Assembly (NCBI GenBank): GCA_040767085.1
Contig: JAXGPF010000003.1
Coordinates: 547,572-611,571 of the forward strand
Direction of reading: 5' to 3'
Origin: Kiritimatiellia bacterium
GTDB taxonomy: Bacteria; Verrucomicrobiota; Kiritimatiellia; JAAZAB01
Length of the DNA: 64,000 nt
Positions 39,822 through 49,386 of this stretch are shown piece after piece (the first letter of the stretch is position 1; every line of letters starts with the position of its first letter). A model generated the notes under the pieces. It did not search any database. It was given only the letters and a program-made list of their open reading frames with translations, and was not told the DNA's origin. A program made the translations under genes and the position numbers.

Positions 39822-42800
39822 TTACGGCGCCGTAAATGGATACGGGCCATAACGCCGGTAATTGGCGGACGACAGCCAGGCGTACCAGCCGCTGCAATAG
39901 CCGGCGCCGGTTGAAATATACATGGCCGGATCGGCCTTGCCGTCCCCGTCAAAATCCGCCGCCAGGGGATGTCCTTCCGCCGGGGCTTCCAGCATATATG
40001 GCCCTTGCATCTGGTAATTGGCAGAAGACATCCATGCCCGCCAGACATTGCCGTCCACCTTGGCAAGATCAGCCAGGCCGTCGCCGTCAAAATCCGCCGC
40101 CAACGGCGTGCCGGCACACAAAACGCCCAGGCGCACAGCGCCGCTGTCGGCATAATTCATGCTGGACCGCCAGACGCGCCAGATGTTGTTGATGCTATCG
40201 TCGTTGTTAATCCCCGGATCGGCCTTGCCATCGCCGTCGAAATCCGCCAGCACCGGCGCCAGGCCGGCGGGCCCCAGGTAAATCGGCCCCGTGCCGGTAT
40301 AATTCTCCGTGGAACGCCAGACATGCCAGGCATTCTGCCAGGCGCCGGACACATAAGTTTCCCACCACAGGACCGGATCGCCCAGCCGGTCGCCGTCCAG
40401 GTCGCCCGCCAGCGGTACGGCATTCAACGCGCCCTCCAGCACCGGCCCCAGCCGCGCGTAACTCGCGCTTGAACGCCAGATATACCATGAACCATGATCG
40501 GCCCCGGGCGGGATGACATACATGGCCGGATCGGCCTTGCCGTCGCCATCGAAATCCGCCGCCGCAACCAGCGGTTCCACCGTGATGTTGACGGGAACGG
40601 CGGACGTTCCGGCAAGCCCCCACTCGTCATAGGCCACGGCGGTTACCGCGTATTGGCCTTCATAAACCGGCGCCCAGACGCAGGTGTATGGCGCGGCGGC
40701 GGCCGCGCCGATGCGCGCGCCATTGGCAAAATACACCACCTGGGTTACGGCCAACCCGGCATCCGCCTGGGCCTCGGCCGCCAATTCAATGGAAGCCGCG
40801 CTTTGCCGCCAGTGATCCATGTCCGGCGCCGGGTTGGTAATGGCCACCCGGGGGAGCGCGTGGGTCAGCGCGGCAAAACCCTGCTGCTGCACTTCGGCCA
40901 CGCGCAAAAAAATGCCGTACATGAAAACATACGGGGCCTGGCATTGGAAGCCGTAAACCGTGCCATCAGGCATGGGCGTCCAATTGGTGTCCACCACGCC
41001 GGCATCCAAAGCGATGCGGCCGGCATTGGTAATGGGATATCCGCCCAACTCATCATAATTGCCGCCCACGTAAACATATTCGTCATCCGCGGCCATGGCG
41101 AACACGTACCGGGCAGCGCCGGGATTCCATCCCGGCATGGGCCGGCCGTCGGCCTTCTCAAGTTTGGCCAGGGAAGCGCGCGCCACGCCGCCGATGTTGG
41201 TAAAGTCGCCGCCGACATATACCGCCGCGGGCGTCACCGCCATGCCTGAAATCCGGCCATCGGCGCCATTGGTCCAGGCGGGGTCCGGCGCGCCGGTCGC
41301 CGGATTGACCCGGGTGACGCGCCCGCAAGCGGCGGCGTTGATTTGCGTGAAGCTGCCGCAGACATAGAGCTGCCCGCCATCCGGAACCACTTCGCTTACA
41401 TAACCGTCCGCATCGGCGGTAAACGCCGGATCATAGGCGCCCGTCGCCGGACTTAATTTAGCCAGGCGCTTGCGGGCGCCGCCCCCTATCGCGGCAAACG
41501 ATCCGCCGGCATACAGCGCGCCCCCCGACAGGGCGAGCGCAGCAACTTCGTCATTGGCGCTGGCGGTAAAGGCGGGGTCGGCGGCGCCGGTATCCAGGCG
41601 CAACTTGGCAAGATTGGTCCGGCTTTGCCCGCCAATTTGCGTGAATTTGCCGCCCACGTAAAGATTGACGCCATCGGACGCCAGCGCGTTGACAAGGTCA
41701 TCAGGCCGGGGCGTCCAATTGGTGCGCAAGGTTCCATCCGGATTGAAACGCGCCAGGTATGGCATATCCACACCATGCACCAGCTTAAAATCCCCGCCGA
41801 TGACCCAACCGCCATCGGCCATTCGCACGGCGGCCCGGACTTGCCCGCCATCCGTCACAAGGCAGGTAAACCCCGGGTCATGCGCGCCGGTCGCCGCATC
41901 AAACACCGTCACCCCGCCGGCCGGCTGCCCGTTGACCCGCGTGAAATCGCCAACCGCGGCAATGCCGCCATGCGGCAGCGCCGCCAAGCCCAGGATGGCA
42001 TTGTTGACTTGCGCGGTAAAGGCGGGCGCCAGCGCGCCATTGATCGCGTTAACCTTGGCGATAGCTTGTTTGGATGCGCCGGCATAGTTGGTAAAATCTC
42101 CGCCGATAAACACGGCGTCGTGCGTCACCGCGCAATCCCAGACCAGGCCGTCGGCCGGATTGGTGATACCGCAGGTGAAATTCGTGTCGGCGTTCCCGGA
42201 ATTGCGATGCAGCCGGGCGAAACTCGAAAGCAGCTCCCCGCCGATTTCCTCGAAATAGCCGCAGGCATAGACGTAATTCCCCGTGGCATACAGATGATGC
42301 ACAAGGTTATCCGCGCCATTGGTAAAAACGCCCGGGATGGCATTGCCGCTGACAGTGGAAACCTTGGCCAGATACATGCGGATTGTCCCCCCGATGTCAA
42401 AGAAGATCCCGCCGGGATAGAGGCCGGTTTCATCCAGCGCCAGTGTATAAATCTGGCCGAACGCCGGCCCATTGGTGAATCCCGGCAGCGCCGCGCCCGT
42501 GGCTGGGTCCAGTTTGGCCAGCATCGGCCGGTTCTGCCCGCCGATATTCGTGAAGCTGCCGCCGGCATAAAGCACGTTGCCGCGCATGGCCAGGGCGGTC
42601 ACCGTCTCATCGGGCGCGGGATTGAAAGTCGGGATCAACGCCCCGGTCGCCGGATTAACCTTGGCCAGGAAAAACCGCGGGATGCCGGCAATCCGCTCAA
42701 AGTTGCCGGCCAGGTAAACGCCATCGGACGCCGGCAAAGCCTTGGCAATCATTCCCTCGGGATCGGGGCGCCAGTCGGGGTCTACAGAACCATCCGGCCG

Positions 42801-43016
42801 AATCCGGGCCGCGTTGTGGCAAAGCTGGCCATCCACCAATGCAAAGCTGCCATAAATCAGAAAGCTGCCGTTAGTTTCCGCCGCCACGCCATCTACAACG
42901 CCCGGATCTTCCACCCCGAAATTCGCGCTGACCACGCTGATCCCGCCCGCCGCCGGCAGCGCCGTTAACAGCGGCGCCAGCAATAAAACCGCACCCCGCC
43001 CTAAAGTAAGTTGCAT
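39822..43016 (-). CDS. Large secreted protein: delta-60-like propeller repeats, Ig-like domain, C-terminal FG-GAP/VCBS-like repeats
   Basis: Signal-like N-terminus; many LY(A/V)GGxFTxIGGxxRxxLAKLDxxTG repeats; VAITNP...YAVTAVAYD Ig domain; five (A/G)D(F/L)DGD repeats. Confidence 0.8.
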   Translation of the reverse strand: MQLTLGRGAVLLLAPLLTALPAAGGISVVSANFGVEDPGVVDGVAAETNGSFLIYGSFALVDGQLCHNAARIRPDGSVDPDWRPDPEGMIAKALPASDGVYLAGNFERIAGIPRFFLAKVNPATGALIPTFNPAPDETVTALAMRGNVLYAGGSFTNIGGQNRPMLAKLDPATGAALPGFTNGPAFGQIYTLALDETGLYPGGIFFDIGGTIRMYLAKVSTVSGNAIPGVFTNGADNLVHHLYATGNYVYACGYFEEIGGELLSSFARLHRNSGNADTNFTCGITNPADGLVWDCAVTHDAVFIGGDFTNYAGASKQAIAKVNAINGALAPAFTAQVNNAILGLAALPHGGIAAVGDFTRVNGQPAGGVTVFDAATGAHDPGFTCLVTDGGQVRAAVRMADGGWVIGGDFKLVHGVDMPYLARFNPDGTLRTNWTPRPDDLVNALASDGVNLYVGGKFTQIGGQSRTNLAKLRLDTGAADPAFTASANDEVAALALSGGALYAGGSFAAIGGGARKRLAKLSPATGAYDPAFTADADGYVSEVVPDGGQLYVCGSFTQINAAACGRVTRVNPATGAPDPAWTNGADGRISGMAVTPAAVYVGGDFTNIGGVARASLAKLEKADGRPMPGWNPGAARYVFAMAADDEYVYVGGNYDELGGYPITNAGRIALDAGVVDTNWTPMPDGTVYGFQCQAPYVFMYGIFLRVAEVQQQGFAALTHALPRVAITNPAPDMDHWRQSAASIELAAEAQADAGLAVTQVVYFANGARIGAAAAAPYTCVWAPVYEGQYAVTAVAYDEWGLAGTSAVPVNITVEPLVAAADFDGDGKADPAMYVIPPGADHGSWYIWRSSASYARLGPVLEGALNAVPLAGDLDGDRLGDPVLWWETYVSGAWQNAWHVWRSTENYTGTGPIYLGPAGLAPVLADFDGDGKADPGINNDDSINNIWRVWRSSMNYADSGAVRLGVLCAGTPLAADFDGDGLADLAKVDGNVWRAWMSSANYQMQGPYMLEAPAEGHPLAADFDGDGKADPAMYISTGAGYCSGWYAWLSSANYRRYGPYPFTAP

Positions 43017-43236
43017 ACCCCCCCCGCAATGTGATTTATATCCGGAATACCCAATACCCTTGCTTACCTTAACGGAACCATAGCAAACTATTTCCGCAAA
43101 ACAAATCAATTTTATGCCCGCCCCGCGGGCGACAAACGCTCGCGCTCAAATACAAACTTGTGAACCGGCAAGCGAATGTGCTAAGTTGAAATCCAATGCG
43201 CTGCAAGCCTCCGCGGCCGGTAACAATGGAGCAGTT

Positions 43237-44118
43237 ATGTCACAAATCATTGATGGGAAACAGATCGCCGCGTCCATCCGCGCCGATCTCCGGGCAAAAA
43301 TCCAAAATCTCCGGCAAAAGAACATCACTCCCGGATTGGCCGTGGTGCTGGTGGGGGAAGACCCGGCATCCCAATCCTACGTCACCGCCAAGGAACGCGC
43401 CTGCGCGGAAATCGGCATCTTCTCGCTCGACCGCCGGCTGCCGGCCGATACCCCGCAATCCGCCCTGCTGGAATTAATCGCCCAGTTGAACGCCGACCCC
43501 CGGGTGCATGGCATCCTGGTGCAGTTGCCGCTGCCGCGCCACATGGATGAAGCGGCCGTCCTGCTGGCAATCGATCCGGACAAGGACGTGGACGGGTTCC
43601 ACCCGGTCAGCGTGGGGCGGATGCTGCTGGGGCAGCCGACATTCCTGCCCTGCACCCCGCATGCGGTGATGCAAATGCTGGAGCGCTCCGGGGTCACACT
43701 GCCGGGGAAACACGCCGTGGTCATCGGCCGCAGCAACATCGTCGGCAAGCCGCTCGCCAATCTGCTGATGCGCAAAAGCCCGCAGGCTAATGCCACTGTC
43801 ACGGTGTGCCATACCGCGACGCCGGATATCGCCCGGTTCACCCGCCAGGCGGACGTCGTTATTGCCGCCGCCGGCCGGCCCAACACCCTGACCGCCGACA
43901 TGGTGCGGGAAGGCGTGGTGGTAATTGACGTGGGCGTCAACCGCGTGCCGGATGCCTCCAAAAAAAGCGGCTACCGCCTGGTGGGCGATGTGGATTTCGA
44001 GCCGGTCAGCCGCAAGGCCAGCCTGATCACGCCCGTGCCCGGCGGCGTCGGCCCCATGACGATCACAATGCTCCTCGCCAACACCGTGCAGTCCGCGGAA
44101 CAACATGTCCGGATGTAA
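43237..44118 (+). CDS. folD: Methylenetetrahydrofolate dehydrogenase/cyclohydrolase
   Basis: IIDGK, GILVQLPLP, KDVDGFHP, PCTP, GRSNIVGKP, TPVPGGVGPMT. Confidence 0.97.
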   Translation: MSQIIDGKQIAASIRADLRAKIQNLRQKNITPGLAVVLVGEDPASQSYVTAKERACAEIGIFSLDRRLPADTPQSALLELIAQLNADPRVHGILVQLPLPRHMDEAAVLLAIDPDKDVDGFHPVSVGRMLLGQPTFLPCTPHAVMQMLERSGVTLPGKHAVVIGRSNIVGKPLANLLMRKSPQANATVTVCHTATPDIARFTRQADVVIAAAGRPNTLTADMVREGVVVIDVGVNRVPDASKKSGYRLVGDVDFEPVSRKASLITPVPGGVGPMTITMLLANTVQSAEQHVRM

Positions 44119-44145
44119 TCTGGCCAGGTTTTACCGCCGCCCGCT

Positions 44146-44248
44146 CGGCCTTCCGCGGGTAGGGCGACGCCTCCGGCGGAGCCGCCGTTTGACCGCCTCC
44201 TTCCCGGCCCTCCGCGGGTAGGGCGACGCCTCCGGCGGAGCCGCCGTT
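44146..44248 (+). repeat. REP-like direct repeat, 2 copies, period 59 bp
   Basis: CGGCC(T/C)TCCGCGGGTAGGGCGACGCCTCCGGCGGAGCCGCCGTT at 44146 and 44205, between convergent genes. Confidence 0.8.
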
Positions 44249-44297
44249 GGGCCGCCGTCCGTTCGAGCGCAAAGGCATCCATCCGCTTCCGGGAATG

Positions 44298-45054
44298 CTA
44301 CGCCGGGCATACCAGCGCCGCCAGCGGATCGGCCTCCGGCGCGCAGAAACCTAGGTGATGATGCCGGCGCCAGCCTTCGGCGTAAGCGTACCGGCCGGAC
44401 ATGGCGCCCGCTTCCGCGGCTAAATTCCGCATGGTATCCAGGTAGGAATTCAGGCCCTGGCTGACGTCCAGCCATTCCTTCTGGCTGCGGTGGCAGGCCA
44501 GCAGGGCGGTCTTTTCCTCCAGGATCCCGCTAATGTCCACAAATTGCGCCGGCCGCACAACCTGCCCCAACTGGTCGCGGTTGCCATACGGCTGGGCATG
44601 GTAAACCGTCACCGGCTGAAACACCGGCGCCCGCGGCGGAATGGTGGAATAGTTTTTGATATTGCGGAAAAAAAATGGCGGACACCGCCAGCCGTGAGGC
44701 ATTCTGGTGGTCTTCCATGTAGTCCACCGGCGAAAGCGTCAGCAAAATATCCGGCGCCACTTCCCGCATGATGGCGCCCAGCCGGGCCAGCAGGTTTTTC
44801 TCGTAAAATATTTCCAGGTCGTCGCACAGCGGCGGATGAAACACCGCGCCGATGGAAGCGGCGGCAGTCTGCGCTTCCTCCAGCCGGACGCGCGCGATTT
44901 CCGCGGCATCCAGGATGGCCGAACCGCAGCAGCCGTTGGCGATGTTCATGTAATGCAACTCGCAGCCGGCCTGCTTGAGCCGGATCAGCGTGCCGCCCAT
45001 GAATATTTCAATATCATCCGGATGCGCGGCGACGGCGAAGACGCGTTTGGCCAT
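44298..45054 (-). pseudogene. PIG-L/LmbE-family deacetylase, frameshifted at a T8 run (or sequencing error)
   Basis: AHPDDIE and DYMEDH motifs in ORF 44530-45054; C-terminal half (LLACHRSQKEWLD...AEGWRRH) in another frame. Removing one T at 44668-44675 gives [13 protein letters not shown]. Confidence 0.85.
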
Positions 45055-45151
45055 AATATATCCTTATGACTTGATGCCCGGTTGGTATGCCGGATGTCCG
45101 GGCAGCAGCCTATTGCATCTCCCGGGGAATCACAAGCTTCTTTTGATTGCA

Positions 45152-46604
45152 TGTCGTGGAGTTTTCAAAAGCGGAATTATTGGAGCGAGCAAAAGCGGAA
45201 AAGAAACGCATACAATCAGTCTGGTTAGTGAGGCCGGTTGGTGAACAGAACGACGGGGCGTTTGAGCTTGTCTGGCCGCTCCTTGATGATCGAGACGGTT
45301 CCGTCCAGATGTTCACATACAATGGCCCTGGTGCCAAGGCTACCCCGAGTAGGGAAAGAGCCTTGTCGGAATTGGACGCGACCGCCCACGGCGATCGTGA
45401 CGGGATGCCATAGAGACCAGACGTAGTTCCACCAAGGGTCCTTGGGGACGGGGCGCAGCTTGTTTCGACCCTGTGCGATGGCATTGTCCCAAGCCGTCTG
45501 TGGCGTCATGCCCAGTTCACGATGGCGCTCACGCCGGTTCCGATGATCACGCAGCGCGTAAATGTGCCGGTTTACCTCTTCTAATTCGGAAGATGTGGAC
45601 AGACCGTTATGGGCAAAGTATGGCGGCAACCGATCTTGCCAGACTTGGTGGATCCGTTCGACCTTGCCCTTTGCTTCAGGGGTATTGGCAACGATGAACG
45701 ACACGTCGTAGAACATCAGGCGTTGCTCGATGCAGGTCACGTTGTCTTCCTTGTGCGCCGTGAATATCCCTGCTTGATCTACATAGATTTGCAGAGGCAA
45801 CCCATGCTCCATGAATGCGTTGTGCAAGAAATGCAGGTAGGCGGGTATATTCTCGCGGCGGTAGATGGCACATCCCACTTGCATACGACTGCAGTCGTCG
45901 AGCATGTCCAGCAGTGGATAAGCCGGCTCCTCACGGCCAAACCAATGATCCGGGGTGGCATCCATCTGCCAAAGTTCACCAACGGCTTGGCGTTGCCAGC
46001 GCCTCAGGTGAACAGGAAGACGAGGTGGTTTTGGGGTCGGGCAAATTCCTTCGCGTATCGCCCAATGACGGACTTGGGAGCGAGCCAGTGTAATGCCGTA
46101 TTGACGATCCACCTCGCTGGCCGCAAATGCATAGTTGTAACCATTGCGGATGGCGGCCTTCAGGAAACTCACAACGTTTTCATCCCATGGCGCCGCATGA
46201 TTGCCACCGGATATGCCTGGCCGCCAAACAGCATCTTTGCCCGCTGCGCGTGCCTTTAGATAGCTACTACGCAACTCGTAGAGCCTGGTCTTGCCCATCC
46301 CCAAGGATTCACAAGCCTGCTCGATGGTCATCGTTCCTTCACACACCTGCTTGAGCACGTCATGAACATGTGCCAAGCCCAACCGGGATCCTATTTGTTT
46401 TTTCATGCGGTCATTATAGACCGCATTCCGCTTTTGCTCGCTCCACGGGCGCGCGCCCCCTAGGGGGCGTCACATCCTTGCCCCTCTCCTTCGCAACCAT
46501 ATCCGTACCAGCACCTTCCACTCCTCTTATTCCCGATCCCAGCCTTTCCACTCCCTTTCCGCTTTTGCTCGCTCCAGCATTCCGCTTTTGCTTTTCCCCC
46601 GACA
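45152..46604. mobile_element. IS1202/IS481-like insertion sequence, 1453 bp, 16-bp target duplication
   Basis: TGTCG...CGACA termini; identical GCTTCTTTTGATTGCA at 45136-45151 and 46605-46620; internal 20-bp repeats. Confidence 0.88.
45225..46406 (-). CDS. DDE (rve-type) transposase, IS1202/IS481-like
   Basis: N-terminal HTH; GELWQMDATPDHWF, YVDQAG, PEAKGKVER..WQDRL. Confidence 0.88.
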   Translation of the reverse strand: MKKQIGSRLGLAHVHDVLKQVCEGTMTIEQACESLGMGKTRLYELRSSYLKARAAGKDAVWRPGISGGNHAAPWDENVVSFLKAAIRNGYNYAFAASEVDRQYGITLARSQVRHWAIREGICPTPKPPRLPVHLRRWQRQAVGELWQMDATPDHWFGREEPAYPLLDMLDDCSRMQVGCAIYRRENIPAYLHFLHNAFMEHGLPLQIYVDQAGIFTAHKEDNVTCIEQRLMFYDVSFIVANTPEAKGKVERIHQVWQDRLPPYFAHNGLSTSSELEEVNRHIYALRDHRNRRERHRELGMTPQTAWDNAIAQGRNKLRPVPKDPWWNYVWSLWHPVTIAVGGRVQFRQGSFPTRGSLGTRAIVCEHLDGTVSIIKERPDKLKRPVVLFTNRPH

Positions 46605-46796
46605 GCTTCTTTTGATTGCAACCAATGGCTGGCAAGGCTGGCTCCTCCCCGCCGCCGCACCGGATAATTTCTGCTTGCGCCAGCCGGCTTGAAAAAGTAA
46701 AATGCAGATGTCAGCGGGGTTTATTCCTGCGGCAGCATCGTCCCGGGCGGAATATAACAAGGCCATAACGGCCTCAACCAGGCAGAAAGGCACACC

Positions 46797-49286
46797 ATGC
46801 AAACCAACCTGCGGAAATTCCTCTGGCTGGCGGCGGCACTGGGTCTGTCAAACATCGCGGGCGCGGACGCCTTGAGCGTCTGGCATCAGCGCTTCCCCAA
46901 CGGCACGGTGAACCAGTTGAATGACTTGATTGCCATCGGCCAGTCATTCCTGGCCGTCGGCCGGAACGGCACCATCATGTCCTCCACCAATGGCGCGGAT
47001 TGGGACCTGACCCCCATTGACACCACGGCGGATTTGCATTCCGTGGTTTATGCGGACGGCCGGTATGTGGTGGTCGGCGCCGCCGGCCTGGTCTTGCTTT
47101 CCAGCGACGGTGCAGTCTGGCGCCAGGTGGAAACCGATCCGTCCGTGGATTGGAACCAGGTGGCCTATGCCGATGGCCAATTTGCGGCGGTGGGCAATGC
47201 TGGCGCGGTGATGGTTTCCCCCGACGGCGAAAACTGGAACGTGCTGGACCCGATCACCGGCGCCGACCTTGAGGATATCGCCCATGGCGCCGGCCGCTTT
47301 GTCGCCGTAGGCCAGCCCGGCACGGTGATCATGACCTCAACCAACGGCGTGGACTGGGAAGCCGTGCACACGGAAGGCTTGACCGCCGCCGCGCGCCCCA
47401 TCACCCCTGCCCTCTCCGGCGTGGCCTACGGCGGCGGCCTCTTCGCGGCTTGCGGCGCCAATGGAACGGTTTTGACCTCGCCCGACGGCCTGGCTTGGAC
47501 CAACCGCTCCCCGGGCGTAAGTTACACCTTCTCCTGCATGACGTATCATGACGGCCTGTTTCTGGCCGCCGGCTCCTCCGGCAAGACGCTGCAATCCGCC
47601 GACGGCGAGACCTGGAACTTGCGTTACACCGGCATTTACACATGGTATTACGGCGCGGCCATCAACGATAACTGCATGCTCGCCGCCGGCGCCAACGGCA
47701 TCATCGCCGCTTCCTCCGACGGGATAACCTGGACCCAGTCGGGCGAAAGTTACGCGGACAATCTTGAGGACATTGACTATGGCGCCGGCCGGTTCGTCGC
47801 CGTCGGCTGGCCCAATGGCGTCATCATGTCATCGGCCGACGGCGCTGTCTGGGAGGAACAGGAATCCGGCACATCCGCATCGCTTTCCGGGCTGGTGTAC
47901 GGCGGCGGCCTGTTTGTCGCCTGCGGCTCCGGCGCCGCCATCCTGACTTCGCCGGATGGCGTCATCTGGACGCCCAGCGCGATGGGCGCCGCGCGCGAAA
48001 CCGCGCACACCTTCTCCTGCATTACATACGGCAATGGCCTTTATATCGCCGCGGGATCTTCCGGCAAGACGCTGGTATCATCCAACGGCGTGGATTGGAA
48101 CCTGGTTTACACGGGCTTTGGCGCCTGGTATTACGGCATTGTGTACGCGCTGGAAAAATTCGTGGCAGTAGGCTCCAGCGGCTATATTGTAGCCTCCACC
48201 AACAACGGCGAAACTTGGAATGACGCATCGCCGCCGGCGCTGGGCGGCGCCCGCCCAATCCTGGCGGCCTGGCACGACATCGCTTTCGGCCAAGATTTGT
48301 TCGTGGCTGTGGGCGAGAATGGCCGAATCGTCACCTCGCCGGACGCGGAAACCTGGACGGACCGGGATTCCGGCACATCCCAGCCGCTCAACGGCGTGCG
48401 CTACCAGAACGGCTTTTTCGCGGCCATCGGCGGGAATGGCACAATCCTGACCTCGCCCGACGGCGTGGCCTGGAGCAACCGCGACTCCGGAGTGTCCGCC
48501 GCGCTGGAAGGTATCGCCTACGGCAACGGCACGTTCGTAGTTACCGGCAACGGCCGCATCATCCTGCAATCATCCACGGATGTGCCGCCCAGCGGCGACT
48601 TTGACGGCGATGGCCAGGGCGATATTTCCGAGTATCGGGCCGGCCGCGGCTGGTATTTCTGGCTGTCATCCCAAGGCTACCAGAATGCCGTCCCGCTCGG
48701 CACGGATGTGCGCGACGCCACGCCGGTGGGCGCCGACTTTGACGGCGACGGCAAGGCCGACCTGGGCCTGTTCCGCGCAACGGCTGGGGAATGGTACGTG
48801 CTTTTTTCCAGCCAGAATTATGCCATGGGCGGCCCATTTGCCTTGAATCTGCCGGCCGGCACGCCCCTGGCCGCGGACTTCGACGGCGATGGCAAGGCCG
48901 ACCCCGCCGTCTACCAGGCCGCCAGCGGCGCCTGGATGGCCGCCATGTCGGCCGGTGGGTACCGCATCGCGGGGCCGGTGGTGTTGAGCGTTCCGGGCGG
49001 CACCCCCCTGGCGGCGGATTTTGACGGCGATGGCCGGGCCGATCCGGCCATGTTCCAGGCAGCCACCGGGCAATGGACCGTCTGGCAATCCGGCGCCAAT
49101 TACCAGCCGCTGACTACTCCGCGGCCGCTGAGCGTAGCCGGCGGCGTGCCCATGGCATCCGATTACGACGGCGACGGCCGGGCTGACCCCGCCATGTATC
49201 AGCCTGCCACGGGCATGATTTACGCCTGGCTTTCCAGCATGAGCTATGCTCAGGCCGGCCCCTACGGCCCCTTCGCGGCGCCGTAA
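46797..49286 (+). CDS. Secreted BNR/Ycf48-like beta-propeller protein with C-terminal FG-GAP/VCBS-like repeats
   Basis: Signal peptide; repeated FVAVGxxGxI(L/M)TSxDGxxW; five D(F/Y)DGDG repeats at the C-terminus. Confidence 0.82.
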   Translation: MQTNLRKFLWLAAALGLSNIAGADALSVWHQRFPNGTVNQLNDLIAIGQSFLAVGRNGTIMSSTNGADWDLTPIDTTADLHSVVYADGRYVVVGAAGLVLLSSDGAVWRQVETDPSVDWNQVAYADGQFAAVGNAGAVMVSPDGENWNVLDPITGADLEDIAHGAGRFVAVGQPGTVIMTSTNGVDWEAVHTEGLTAAARPITPALSGVAYGGGLFAACGANGTVLTSPDGLAWTNRSPGVSYTFSCMTYHDGLFLAAGSSGKTLQSADGETWNLRYTGIYTWYYGAAINDNCMLAAGANGIIAASSDGITWTQSGESYADNLEDIDYGAGRFVAVGWPNGVIMSSADGAVWEEQESGTSASLSGLVYGGGLFVACGSGAAILTSPDGVIWTPSAMGAARETAHTFSCITYGNGLYIAAGSSGKTLVSSNGVDWNLVYTGFGAWYYGIVYALEKFVAVGSSGYIVASTNNGETWNDASPPALGGARPILAAWHDIAFGQDLFVAVGENGRIVTSPDAETWTDRDSGTSQPLNGVRYQNGFFAAIGGNGTILTSPDGVAWSNRDSGVSAALEGIAYGNGTFVVTGNGRIILQSSTDVPPSGDFDGDGQGDISEYRAGRGWYFWLSSQGYQNAVPLGTDVRDATPVGADFDGDGKADLGLFRATAGEWYVLFSSQNYAMGGPFALNLPAGTPLAADFDGDGKADPAVYQAASGAWMAAMSAGGYRIAGPVVLSVPGGTPLAADFDGDGRADPAMFQAATGQWTVWQSGANYQPLTTPRPLSVAGGVPMASDYDGDGRADPAMYQPATGMIYAWLSSMSYAQAGPYGPFAAP

Positions 49287-49386
49287 TGGCGGACCTCAAA
49301 ACCAAGCAACCGGCCATGGGCAGCCTCGATTCGGCAATGCGCATGATGCCCTGCCAAAAACAGCATGCCGGACGCCAGCCGGCCCA

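Noticed and set aside
43081..43100. Sigma54 promoter upstream of the 39822-43016 gene
   Set aside because: GG-to-GC spacing is 9 nt rather than the required 10.
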